Assembly: GCA_951406725.2 (NCBI GenBank)
Contig: OX597821.1
Span: 64,170,001-64,234,000 of the forward strand
Source of the DNA: Octopus vulgaris
Taxonomy: Eukaryota
DNA length: 64,000 nt
Reading direction: 5' to 3'
The notes under the pieces were generated by a model, which searched no databases, was not told the origin of the DNA, and saw nothing but the letters and a program-made list of their open reading frames with translations. The translations under genes and the position numbers were made by a program. Below are positions 26,321 to 39,224 of the stretch, in pieces. The number at the start of each line of letters is the position of its first letter. Position 1 is the stretch's first letter.

Positions 26321-27945
26321 GACAGCAACGACAACAACAATTGCAACAACAATAACGAGAACAACAACAATAATAAAGCAACTTTACAAATGTGCAACAA
26401 AAGCAACAACACAAAAAAACCCCAGTTTTTCAGCCACCACACGAGTAGTGACTTAAGTAATGCGGCGGCGGCATCAACAACAGAAAGTGCAGTTGTATGT
26501 AGTTGTTTAGTAAAAAAGCTGTATTTATGGTTGGTTGGTTGATAGATCGGTAACAATGTACAGCCTGACCATTTATCATCATACTTTGCAATATAAAATA
26601 CAAAAGGAAACGAAAAGCCTAAGATGCCACGAGTGAGAGAACTCTCCAGACACCCACTAACGTGGATTTCTTTTGTAAGAGAGAGAGAGAATTGATGAAT
26701 TATGGGGTGACTTTTTTTTGTCTGAGATTCTTGTTTTAGTTGAGGGCTGTTTTTGATGAGTAGCTTGGGTGGTTGGATGGGGGTTGGAAAAAAAAAAGGA
26801 TTTTTCTTCTTAGCTATCATAAAATGACGTTTTTGCTTTTGTTCGATATTATCATTTTTCCTTTTTTTTTTTGCTTGTTTTGTTTATTATAAAATAGAAC
26901 GTATCTTTTATGCTCCACTTCTTCCTCCGTCTCTTCTTCCTCCGTCTCCTCTTCTTCCTCCGTCTCTTCTTCCTCCGTCTCCTCTTCTTCCTCCTTATAC
27001 TCGCTTTGCATCCTCTGTCTCTCTATATACTTCTATCTACTTCTATCTATCTATCTATCTATCCATCTATCTATCTATCTATATGTCTGTCTCTCTTTAC
27101 TCTCCCTTTTGCTTGTTTCAGTCATTTGACTGCGGCCATACTGGAGCACCGCCTTTAGTCGAGCAACTCGACCCCGGGACTTATTCTTTGAAAGCCCAGT
27201 ACTTATTCTATCGGTCTCTTTTTGCCGAACCGCTAGGTTACGGGGACGTAAACACACCAGCATCGGTTGTCAAGCGATGGGGGGGGGGACAAACACAGAC
27301 ACACAAACACATACGCACACATATATATACATATATATGACAGGCTTCTTTCAGTTTCCGTCTACCAAATCCACTCACAAGGCATTGGTCGGCCCGAGGC
27401 TATAGCAGAAGACACTTTCCCAAGATGCCACGCAGTGGGACTGAACCCGGAACCATGTGGTTGGTAAGCAAGCTACTTACCACACAGCCACTCCTGTCTG
27501 TCTATCTATATATGTCTGTCAGTGTCTATGCCTGTTCGTATATCTAACTATCTATTTGTCTGACTGCCTGTCTGTCAGTCTGTTTGTCTATATATCTATC
27601 AATCTATCTCTCCTTTCCTCTGTCTCGTTCTCTCCCCTTCTTTCTCTCACCCTCCTCTCTTCACTCTTTCTCTCGTTCTCCATATGTACTCATGTATGTG
27701 TTCTTGCTGTATATATATATATATATAGTGGCTATATACACTTTTACCACTTAACTTGTTTCAGTCATTTGACTGCGGCCATGCTGGAGCAGCGCCTTTA
27801 ATCGAGCAACTCGACCCCGGGACTTATTCTTTTGTAAGCCCAGTACTTATTCTATCAGTCACTTTTGCCGAACCGCTAAGTAATGGGGACATAAGCACAC
27901 CAGCATCGGTTGTCAAGCAATGCTAGGAGGACAAACACAGACACA

Positions 27946-28027
<82 letters not shown>

Positions 28028-28067
28028 CTAGCAGTATCGCCCGGCGTTGCTCGGGTTTGTAAGGGAA

Positions 28068-30120
28068 GATCTCTTTCGGCACCCTCTTTGATCTTTTCCG
28101 GCACACTCTTTGATCTCTGTCAATACCCCCTTTGATATCTGTCGACACCCCTCTTTGATCTCTGTCGGCACCCCCTTTGATCTCTGTCGGCACTCCTCTT
28201 TGATCTCTGTCGGCACCCCTCTTTGATCTATGTCGGCATCCCCTTTGATCTCTGTCGGTACCTCCTTTGATCTCTGTCGGCACCCCTCTTTGATCTCTTT
28301 CGGCAACCCTTTGGTCTCTCTCGGCACACCTCTTTGATCTCTGTCGGCACCCCTCTTTGATCTCTGTCGGAACCCCCTTTGATCTCTGTCGGCACCCCTC
28401 TTTGATCTCTGTCGGCACCCCATTGATCTCTGTCGGCACCCTCTTTGATCCTTGTCGGCACCCTTCTTTGATCTCTATCGGCACCCCTCTTTGATCTCTT
28501 TCGGCACCCCTCTTTGATCTCTGTCGGCACCCCTCTTTGATCTCTGTCGGCACCCCTCTTTGATCTCTGTCGGCACCCCTCTTTGATCTCTGTCGGCACC
28601 CCTCTTTGATCTCTGTCGGCACCCCTCTTTGATCTCTGTCGGCACCCCTCTTTGATGTCTGTCGGTACCCCTCTTTGATCTCTGTCGGCACCCTCTTTTA
28701 TCTCTGTAGGTACCCCTCTTTGGTATCTGTCGGCACACCCTTTGATCTCTGTCGGCACCCCATTGATCTCTGTCGGCACCCTCTTTGATCCTTGTCGGCA
28801 CCCTTCTTTGATCTCTATCGGCACCCCTCTTTGATCTCTTTCGGCACCCCTCTTTGATCTCTGTCGGCACCCTTCTTTGATCTCTATCGGCACCCCTCTT
28901 TGATCTCTGTCGGCACCTCTTTGATCTCTGTCGGCACCCCTCTTTGATCTCTGTCGGCACCCTCTTTGATCTCTGTCGGCACCCTCTTTTATCTCTGTAG
29001 GTACCCCTCTTTGGTATCTGACGGCACACCCTTTGATCTCTGTCGGTACCCCTCTTTGATCTCTATCGGCACCCTCTTTGGTCTCTGTCGGCACCCCCTT
29101 TGATCTCTGTCGGCACCCCCTTTGATCTCTGTCGGCACCCCTCTTTGATTTCTGTCGGCACCCCCATTGATCTCTGTCGGCACCCTCTTTGATCTCTGTC
29201 GGCACCCGATTTGATCACTGTCGGCACCCTCTTTGATTGCTATCCACACCCCTCTTTGATCTCTGTCGGTACCCCTTTGATCTCTGTCGGTACCCTTCTT
29301 TGATCTCTGTCGGCACCCTCTTTTATCTCTGTAGGTACCCCTCTTTGGTATCTGTCGGCACACCCTTTGATCTCTGTCGGTACCCCTCTTTTATCTCTGT
29401 CGGCACCCTCTTTGGTCTCTGTCGGCACCCCTTTGATCTCTGTCGGCACCCCCTTTGATCTCTGTCGGCACCCCTCTTTGATTTCTGTCGGCACCCCCAT
29501 TGATCTCTGTCGGCATCCTCTTTGATCTATGTCGGCACCCCTCTTTGATCTCTGTCGGCACCCCCTTTGATCTCTGTCGGCACCCCTCTTTGATCTCTGT
29601 CGGTACTTCTCTTTGATTTCTGTCGGCACCCCCATTGATCTCTGTCGGCACCCCTCTTTGATCTCTGTCGGCACCCCTCTTTGATCTCTGTCGGCACCCC
29701 TCTTTGATGTCTGTCGGTACCCCTCTTTGATCTCTGTCGGCACCCCCTTTAATCTTTGTCAGCACCCCTTTTTGATCTCTGTCGGCACCCACTTTGATCT
29801 CTGTCGGCACCCTCTTTGATCTCTGTCGGCACCCCTCTTTGATCTCTGTCGGCACCCCTCTTTGATCTCTGTCGGCACCCCTCTTTGATCTCTGTCGGCA
29901 CCCCTCTTTGATCTCTGTCGGTACCCCTCTTTGATCTCTGTCGGCACCCTCTTTTATCTCTGTAGGTACCCCTCTTTGGTATCTGTCGGCACACCCTTTG
30001 ATCTCTGTCGGTACCCCTCTTTGATCTCTGTCGGCACCCCTCTTTGATCTCTGTCGGTACCCCTCTTTGATCTCTGTCGGCACCCCTCTTTGATCTCTGT
30101 CGGCACCCCTCTTTTATCTC
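28068..30120. repeat. ~2.05-kb minisatellite, 20-22-bp unit CTCTTTGATCTCTGTCGGCACC(C)
   Basis: Roughly 95 head-to-tail units without spacers; variant blocks recur. Confidence 0.97.
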
Positions 30121-30284
30121 TGAGGCCTTGAATGGTGTAAAGCAATCTTGTTATCAGATCTGACGTTCATCAAAACATATATTAATGAAATATTATAACC
30201 TAAGCAATGGGATACATTACCGTAAATACATTTCTTTATGCACATACACACACTGCGAAATTGGGAGAGAATATATATATATAA

Positions 30285-30680
30285 TGGCGCAGGAGTGGCT
30301 GTGTGGTAAGTAGCTTGCTAACCAACCACATGGTTCCGGGTTCAGTCCCACTGCGTGACATCTTGGGCAAGTGTCTTCTACTATAGCCCCGGGCCGACCA
30401 ATGGCTTGTGAGTGGATTTGGTAGACGGAAATTGAAAGAAGCCTGTCGTATATATGTATGTGTATATATGTATATGTGTGTGTTTGTGTGTCTGTGTTTG
30501 TCCCCCTAGCATTGCTTGACAACCGATGCTGGTGTGGTTACGTCCCCGTTACTTAGCGGTTCGGCAAAAGAGACCGATAGAATAAGTACTGGGCTTACAA
30601 AGAATAAGTCCTGGGGTCGATTTGCTCGACTAAAGGCAGTGCTCCAGCATGGCCGCAGTCAAATGACTGAAACAAGAAGA
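30285..30680 (+). mobile_element. SINE family A, full length, inside the Helitron
   Basis: ggcgcaggagtggctgtgtgg...ggttcagtccc...gactgaaacaag. Confidence 0.9.
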
Positions 30681-31032
30681 AGAATGTAAGCATTTTCAGA
30701 GAGTTATAGCCAAAAAATAGCAAAAAAATGCATTAAAATTGGAAAAAAATTATCGTAAATTTTTTTTAAATCGTTGACTCATCGTAGACATTTTTAGAGA
30801 GTTACTTCCCTTATATAATAGCGAAAAAAATGCATTCAAATGGAAAAACATGATGGTAATTTTTTTTTTAAATCGTAGACTCATCGTAGACGCGCGCTAA
30901 TACCCGGAAGGGCTCGATATGAATCACGACTATAAGATACCCGCTTTTGGTTACACTGCACCGCAAAATGTGGGAGTAGTTAGGAATCTAAATCGTAGGA
31001 GACAGACACACAACTTCACTTTTATATATAAA

Positions 31033-31416
31033 CTAGCAGTATCGCCCGGCGTTGCTCAGGTTTGTAAGGGAAATAACTATAAAGCATTTTTAGAGAGTTA
31101 TAGCCAAAAAAATAACAAAAAAATGGAAAAAAATGATGGTAAATTTTTTTTTTAGGTAAAAAAGGTGGAGTTGCGTCCCCTAGACAGTTTGCGGTTTGTG
31201 TTTCTGATTCTCGACCCCATGTCGAATTTATCGATTTTTTTCAGAACTGGGGGAACTTTTCAAAGTTTTCGCTGCGTTAGTTTTGAATTATGACATTGGG
31301 CTATGTGTGTGTCAAGTTTCATCAGAATCGGTTGAAAGCCGTGGTCAGGGTGAGGGTACAAGCAAACAGACACACAGAAACACGCACAGACAAACTGCCG
31401 TTTATATAGAGAGAGA
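31033..31416 (-). mobile_element. Complete ~384-bp non-autonomous Helitron
   Basis: Minus strand begins A|TCTCTCTCTATATAAACGG and ends CCTGAGCAACGCCGGG-CGATACTG-CTAG|T: canonical 5'-TC, subterminal hairpin, 3'-CTAG and A/T target, no TSD. Confidence 0.85.
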
Positions 31417-32194
31417 TATATATATTTATAAATATATATATATACATATACATATATACGACGGGCTTCTTTCAGTTTCCGTCTACCAAATCCACTCACA
31501 AGGCTTTGGTCGGCCCGAGGCTATAGTAGAATACACTTGCCCAAGGTGCCACGCAGTGGGACTGAACCCGGAACCATGTGGTTAGTAAACAAGCTACTTA
31601 CCACACAACCACTCCTGCGCATATATATATATACCCTCACCAGCTGTCCCATCTATATTTCTCAATTGCCTCCATTCTCCTTCAACCCTCTTCTCTCCAC
31701 TCATTTCCCTACTTGACTATCTGGCTCTCCCTCTTTCTTTTCACAGTCCCCTCAATTCTTTCTCTCTCCTTCTTTTCCCCACCTTCTTTCTCTTTGTCTA
31801 TTTCCCTCCCCCTCCTCTCTCTCTACTCCATCCCTCTCCCTACCTATCTCCTATTCTTCCCTTTTCCGCCTTTTCTCCCTTTCTCTCCCCCTCTCTTTCC
31901 CCTCATCTCTCAAACTTTCCGTCCTTATCTCATTCTCCATTTCATTCACAGCTTATTCTTTCATATTCACTCAATTGAATATTTTTGCATTAAAACCTAC
32001 GGTTTCTCTTTCCTTTATTCGTTCTTCCTTTTTTATTTCTTTCCCCTTCTTTCCTTCTGTCTTCCTTACCTCCTTTCTTTTTCGTTATTCCTTTCTTCCC
32101 TTTTTTCTTTCCTTCTGTCTGTCTATCTTATCTTTCCTTTTTTCTTTTATTCTTTTTCTTTCTTTCTTTCTGCTTTATCCCCCCTCTCTCCACC

Positions 32195-32770
32195 CTCAGC
32201 TTCAATCACAACCTCAAGATGGCTCCGGAACCTGGCGCAAACGTTCCTCACAGTTTTCATGGAAAGATCTTGGAAAACCTCCTTGATCTTGTCCTTGGTA
32301 TTGCAGGCAGGCAGGCAGGCCAGTTGCTGTCCTTCTCAACCGTGCCCCACACATAGTAATCCATAGAATCGAAATCGAAAAAATTAAGACGCCAGCAAAT
32401 TGAGACTGGCGAAGTCTCAGAAGTTCTCCAACAACCACTTTTGACTCTTTCCGGAAGTATGGCAAAGCGTCGAATTCTACTACCACATATATGACCATCG
32501 AGTAGCAACCCTCTCCAGCCAGGTTTTGACCACAGTCTCCAGTAGCTTCACATAGCCATCTAAATTGAGCCTAAGGCTCTGTTCAAAGACGTGGGGTAAC
32601 ATGACGTCACTCTCATTGGAGACACACCTTAAGACAATTACACTTTGAGGAACTTGGTTTTCAGGATACGTGACACCTCACATGGATTGTATGTAAGCCA
32701 CCTGATATTCTGGATGTTGTGCAACTAGTCCTGGCAGAAGTTCTTTTCATCTGAGGAGAACCAGATCATC
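32195..32770 (-). mobile_element. Tc1/mariner (DD37D maT-like) transposase fragment, decayed
   Basis: WFSSDEKNFCQD (first Asp), then across frameshifts ...ETVVK..LERVAT..., DSMDYYVWGTVEKDSN (third Asp motif) and a remnant resembling C.RFRSRLEAV. Confidence 0.85.
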
Positions 32771-35700
32771 CCCGTCTCAACAGATTGCCTTAGCTTGCTC
32801 AGGAGCTTCTTTGCTTCTTTGCTTAAGCGATTCTCCTTCGCAATGGCTGTCAGAATTTTTCTCTTTCGTCTCTTGTTTGTACGAGAACCGCGTGGCTGGA
32901 TAGGAGGCTTTCGCTAACGAAAACAAATTCAGTAATATAGATTCTGTCAAGATGATTCTCTCCCTTGTCATGGATGCAAATACTTAACATCTTAAAATAA
33001 CTTATCAAACACGCCAGTTTTATGCAGTTCAGAGGTTTATAGCGGGAGCGCTACGAACGTTGGATACGGGTGCTGTGCGATGTGTTATTCTATATACATC
33101 GAAAAGAAATGAAAGGAAGAAGAAAATTTAAATCGTTTACTTTATTGTTAAAAGTTTTCATGTGTAAAAGTTAGCTCCCTTGAAAATCAATTTCTGTTTA
33201 GTCTTTTCTTTGTTTCAATGTTTTGACTGCGGCCATGTTGGAGCACCACCTTTAGTCGAGCAAATCGACCCCAGGACTTCTTCTTTGTAAGCCTAGTACT
33301 TATTCTATCGGTCTCTTTTGCCGAACCGCTAGGTTACGGGGACGTAAACACACCAGCATTGATTGTCAAGCGATGTTGGGGGACAAACACAGACACACAA
33401 ACATATATGTATATACTTACATACATGTATACGACGGGCTTCTTTCAGTTTTCATCGACCAAATCCACTCACAAGGCTTTGGTCGGCCCGGGGCTATAGT
33501 AGACGACACTTTCCCAAGGTGCCACGCAGTGGGACTGAACCCGGAACCATGTGGCTGGTACGCAAGCTACTTACCACACAGCCACTCCTGCGCCTATAAA
33601 CTCCTGCGTTTAATTCAACATTTGGAAAATAGTTTTGTTTTGTCGGAGCGTTCGTGGTTTGAGCTTTAAATATAAGTTCAGTTAAAATGGTTTTGTTCTC
33701 AAGAGAAGTTTTTTCGCTGGAGACAACAAATGCGACAACTGACTGTCCATATACATTAATATTCTTATACATTAGTCATTCTTATGACTTGTTGAATGAT
33801 TATCGTGAGGCAGTGTCTGCCAGGACTATAGTCCCAAGATATCCAATTAATACACTGAATGAATTGATAGATGAAATATTATTCCGAATCTCATCAATCA
33901 TTCAGTATTATTGGTGACGACGACGACGATAAATAAATAAATAAATGAAAGTTACGGTTGTTATCCTCATTCCGTAAACGGTGGCTTTTAACGGGTGGAG
34001 AGCTGAGAAAGTTGTGGTGAAAGAGTACAGCGGAGTTCAACCCCCTCTTTCCCCGGAGCCTCGTGGAGCTTATGTGTTTTTGCTCAGTAAACACTCACAA
34101 TGTCCGGTCTGGCAATCGAAACCGCGTTCTTACGACCGTGAGTCCGCTGCCCTACCCACTGGGCCATTGCGCCTCCACACTGCTGTAGCTCCAAGTGTGA
34201 TCCTGAGTTCGACAAGGATTTTCTAACATTAGCCAGAAACATTAACCGAGAGTTCGAAAGACCAATGTGCATTACGATCGGTTCTTGATGTCGTTTTGCA
34301 TGATTCAATGTTATAAAGTTTATTTCGTTGACATATCGGTTTTTCAGACATAAAAAAAAAAAAACTATTTTTGATACTTATTACATTTTTTCACAGTTAA
34401 GATAGTAATAGAGTCCCGTCGTTAGTACACAGGGAGAAGTGCTTAGCGGTATTTTGTCTGTCTTCGTGTTCTGAGCTCAAATTCCGCCGAGGTCGACTTT
34501 AGCCTTCATCCTTTCGGGGTCGATAAATTAAGTACCAGTTGTGTACTGGGGTCGATCTAATCGACAGGCCTCCTTCCCAAAAGTTTCGGGCCTTGTGCCT
34601 AGAGTAGAATAATAATAGGGTCCTGTGGAATATGGAAAGAATAAGAAGGGGTTTTGATTTAAAATGGGGTACCGCGCTATGTTAAATACATAATTAGGTG
34701 TGTAGCTAAACAAAAACAGAATGTTGATAACTTCTGAATATTGTAGCTATTAAACCCCTCCTGACAAGCCCTAAACGAAAAAAACTTATAATTCCAGCCA
34801 TGGTCATCCCGTCTTTATTCCATAGACCATACAATCTAGAGCCGTTAAGGTGAGAGATGAAATATGTTGTGGTATCTATTCCGGCTCTTTGTACTTCGAA
34901 AAAAAATATCCTGCCAAGGTGAACTTTGAATTTCCTTTTTTTTAGGGTTTGGGCACAGGTAAATGAATAAAGTATCAATCTAGGATGGGTAGGTACTGAC
35001 AGAATTGTAAGAGCATCAGGCCAGATGCCCTGCTTCTTACGTTTTGATTTAAAATTCTTCCTCTTACTGAAGTCCCAGCAATAAATAAAATTTTTACAAA
35101 GCACAACCTGAAGTCTTATATAAAAAGAAACTAAACTCAGAATAAGATAACCTGGTGTGAGTTCATAAGAGTCCTAGGCTCCCAAATAGCTGCGAGAAGA
35201 ATTTTATTTGGGATTTCATATTGTCCAATGTGCCGTTCCATTTTTGAAGTGTTGGTGATGGGGAAAATTTGAGGTATATTTGGCTGTCATATCTAGCAGG
35301 TCGAGTGACAGAATATGTACTCCTTATTTTGCCCAGATGATGAACTAATACTATTATACATGGCGTGGTTTAAGGCGCGTGCGTGTCAGTATAGTAAAAA
35401 AGTTTACTTCCGACCTACATGGTTCCGAGTTCAATCCCACTGCGTGGCACTATGGGCAAGCCGACCAAAGTATTTTGAGTGGATCTGGGAGACGGAAACT
35501 GTAAGAAGCCCGTCGTATATATATCTTTTGGGGCGTGAGTATAAGTGTTTGTGTGTACCTTTGTCTCCACATCGGGTGATAGTTGTAAAGGATTGTCACT
35601 GCCATTCGTTCCCAATATTCTGTCAAAATAAGGCGGCGAGCTGGCAGAAACGTTAGCACACCGGGCGAAATGCTCAGCAGTATTACGTCTGTCGCTGCGT

Positions 35701-37852
35701 TCTGAGTTCGAGTTCAAATTCCGCCGAGGTCGACTTTGCCTTTCATTCTTTCGGGGTCGGTAAATTAAGTACCAATTGCGTACTGGTGTCGATCTAATCG
35801 ACTGGCCCCCTCCCCAAAAATTTCGGGCCTTGTGCCAAGAGTAGAAAAGAATACGTCTAGACACGGGGAACTATTACCTTGATTGAAAACAAGTGAAAAA
35901 TCTACCTTAGTAATGGAAATTATGTAGACTCTTCCATGTAAGCATAGAAACGTGAAGATTAAATCGACTGGGACGATGGAGAGCGCGGTATATTGGAGCC
36001 ACATAATATATAACATCGAGGGAGAACCGATTTAAACACCAAATTTATTGAATTTTTAACCCTATTTTAAGATTTCTCTGTAGTCCATCTATTTCGATTG
36101 TTATAAGATAAGGAGTTGTCCCCCCTGTTTCTTCTCTGTTTAAGCTTCATCTCTTTGTCGTTGTTTGATTCAGGTATAATTGATCAGTTTTTTTTGTTTT
36201 TTATTCAATCAGTTAATACTTATTTTACTATACACTTTCCTGCAGATGACGTCCCATGCGAATCACCTTCACTCATTGTGTTAAGATGTCACACGAACAT
36301 ATCTGAATTGTGACACGGGCGTATAGTAATATCATAATACGGATTTGGCAGTGACTGAAGCCTCTGCTTCACTAACGAAATTTAATCGACCAACATAACA
36401 TGTCCTTATTGTTACTCTCTGACGTGTTTCAGTCATTTGACTGTGGCCAAGCTGGAGCATCGCCTTTAGTCGAGCAAATTGACCCCCAGGACTTATTCTT
36501 TGAAAGTTTAGTACTTATTCTATCGGTGTCTTTTGCCAAACTGCTAAGTTACGGGGGACGTAAACATACCAGCATCAGTTGTCAAGAGATGTTGGGGGGG
36601 ACAAACACTGACTCACAAACATATACACACACATACATATATACGACGGGCTTCTTTCAGTTTCTGTCTACCAAATCCACTCACAAGGCTTTGGTCAACC
36701 AAAGGCTATAGTAGAAGACACTTGTCCAAGGTGCCATGCAATGGGACTGAATCTGGAACCATGTGGTTGGTAAGCAAGCTACTTACCACACAGTCAAACC
36801 TACGCCGATAGTTTGTCTGTTGATGTAATAATAAATAAAGAATGAATGATTGTATGGTATTGTCAAATGTTTATTAATATATGAAAACATCAAATATTTG
36901 GTGTTGAAAATGGAAAACATATACAGTTGACGAAGAACAGCATCGGTGGATGTGGTCATAAAGAACAAGACACAGCCCTGTAAAGGAACAAAGAAAGAGA
37001 GAGTGTTTAAAGAAACAGGTTAAATGTAACTGTAGTTATATTACAATAACAGTTCAGATAAGACTGCCCACCCTTTCTCATATTTTAACCACCACATCTC
37101 CTAGTATAAAGCAGACCCCCTCTGTGAGGTTCGTAGTCTTGCAAACTGCAGGATGGTCTCACTAGTGCCAGTGGCATGAAAAAAGCATAGTATACATGCT
37201 ATACAATCATCAGCATCGAAAAGGGGTTCCAGCCATGTGAAGGTACGTGGCTTAGTGGTTGGGATGTTGGATTCATGATAGTAAGATTATGGTTTTGATT
37301 CATAGACTGGGCGACGCTTTGTATTCTTAAGCAAAATGCTTTATTTGATGTTGCTCCTGTCCACTCAGCAGGCAAAAATGAGTAATCCAGTGATGACCCA
37401 GCATTCTTGATTATTTACATCAGTTCATTAATATTTTGTATAGTTTCGTCAGAGAAGAGTAGCACCTGTGATATCTATGAGAGGGAGGGAGATATTTTGA
37501 CATCCTCAGTCTGATCTGGTAGTGTTTCTACAGCTGGATGCCCTTCCTAATGCCAACCACTCGGTGAGTGTAGTGGGTGCTTTTTATGTGCTGGTACAGG
37601 TGCCAGAGGAGGCTGGCAACAGCCATGATCGGTTGGTGCTTTTTACGTGCCACCGGCACGAAAGCCAGTCAAGGCTGCACTGGCATCAGCCACATTCAGA
37701 TGGTGCCTTTTACGTGCAACTGCCACAGGTATCACAACTACAATTAAATGTATATATATAAATAATATGAAAGGGCAATCTGAAATATTAGCAATTTCCA
37801 TTACCAGTGGCCTAGCTTGTTAGAATTTAGTCAATAGACTATATATTATTCA

Positions 37853-38149
37853 TATAAATACAGTGTACATTTAAACACATAAGAGGTATCCAGCATAGGA
37901 CTAACTACACGCTAGAAAGGACAGTTAAATTCCAAACCAATATTAGGGATAAACTTCACCTAGCAAATAATTTTATTTGCTAAAAAAGTCTGAAACCATG
38001 GTCCAGGAGTTAGGTGGTAAATGTTTTTATTTTTCATTCCCTTCGAAATTTTTTCCCTAACAGTGGTTTGGAATTTAACTGTCCTCTCTAGCGTGCAGGT
38101 AGTCCTATGATGGATACCTCTTATGTGTTTAAATGTACACTTTATTTAT

Positions 38150-38150
<1 letters not shown>
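37853..38150. repeat. ~105-bp inverted repeat with a pLTR-like spacer
   Basis: 37853-37958 is reverse-complementary to 38045-38150; the spacer contains hairpin tagcaaataa-tt-ttatttgcta and GAAACCATGGTC. Confidence 0.88.
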
Positions 38151-38186
<36 letters not shown>

Positions 38187-39224
38187 GGGAGAATTCACCC
38201 AAAAAAAAACGAAGACAGGTGGTGTAGACAACAAAGAGATGTATTAGTATAACGCTCGGGAAGTGAATATATATATATATATATATATATACTTTATTTA
38301 AAAGCAGCAGAAAATTCAACAAAACCTGCTACTCTGAGTTTCACGTTCCCGCACACAAAAGGGGGTGCTGAAAAGTTCCTGGCTTTTGGTAAAATACAGG
38401 CGCACCAGTTAATTATGATTTTAATTAACATACTTATTGCAGCAGCTCTTTAGTTTTTCTATGCGACACGCAAGAATATATAAAAGGGAGGCTACTCTTC
38501 AACAACCTTGATTAATTCAATGAGCGGGATCAAATAGTTATACTAAGCTTATTTTTTCCTTTGGATCTACATAATGTTATGATCGTGCTTCTACGCGACG
38601 TTGCTCGACTTGCCACAAATAACAATCAAATTTCCCTCATTTCACACTCCTACCGTTATAGTCCTATGTATCCGTGAACAGCTTATAGTCAGAATGCATT
38701 TCATTATAGTTTTGGTAAATGACCAGTTAACTGACCTTAGCCTAAACAAAACCATAACATATATCATTTTATCTCTTGCTTATTGCAGTCATTAGACCAC
38801 CACCACCACCGCCACTGCCACTACTACTAACTGAAACAAATTTAAAACAACTGCATCTCACAAATAAAACTTCACCTAATTAACCCATTATTAAAACATC
38901 CATCGCCTCTCTTTTTAGCCACCCCATTATCGCCCCACTTTTCTTCAACATCTTCCTGAATCTTTCCACCGCCCCCAGGAGGGCAGTACAGGCCCCTTTA
39001 GGAAGCACTGAACTAAACAAATCAACCCCAATACTTATTTGTTTTCAAAGTTTGGTATTTATTCTGAATAGATATTGAACATTGCAATGATAATTAGAAA
39101 CACCATAACAATTGAATAATGGTTGAGATTGATCGCAACAGATGGTTAGCAGAATATTTTACCTTTTACTAATGAACACCAACAGGTGAATGATTAAAGC
39201 AGGATAGATTAAGAGTAGCTGATA

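Larger units (their letters stand above)
28028..31030 (-). mobile_element. Non-autonomous Helitron expanded by a minisatellite and a SINE
   Basis: Minus-strand 3' end CCCGAGCAACGCCGGG (hairpin) CGATACTG-CTAG|T at 28055-28028; 5' end TATATAAAAGTGAAGTTGTGTGTCTG near 31030; body at 30688-31030 shares agcattt..agagagttatagcc with the adjacent copy. Confidence 0.8.

Noticed and set aside
25786-26820. Poly-Glu, poly-Ser and poly-Phe ORFs
   Set aside because: Translations of the (GAA)n tract; no domain content and no evident splice context.
28068-30120. CRISPR-like array, or long repetitive ORFs (PTEIKEG/ADRDQRG)
   Set aside because: Units are head-to-tail with no unique spacers, there are no cas genes and the context is eukaryotic. 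The ORFs arise because the unit lacks stop codons on the minus strand in all frames.
30285-30365. tRNA genes suggested by A/B boxes
   Set aside because: They are SINE heads followed by a shared SINE body in many dispersed copies; no complete cloverleaf was seen.
31312-31328. CTGATGAAAC on the minus strand as a hammerhead core
   Set aside because: No room for stem II; it is part of the Helitron internal AACCGATT...GAAACTT motif.
32777-32971. 64-aa minus-strand ORF next to the mariner fragment
   Set aside because: No recognisable homology, and no supported splice partner.
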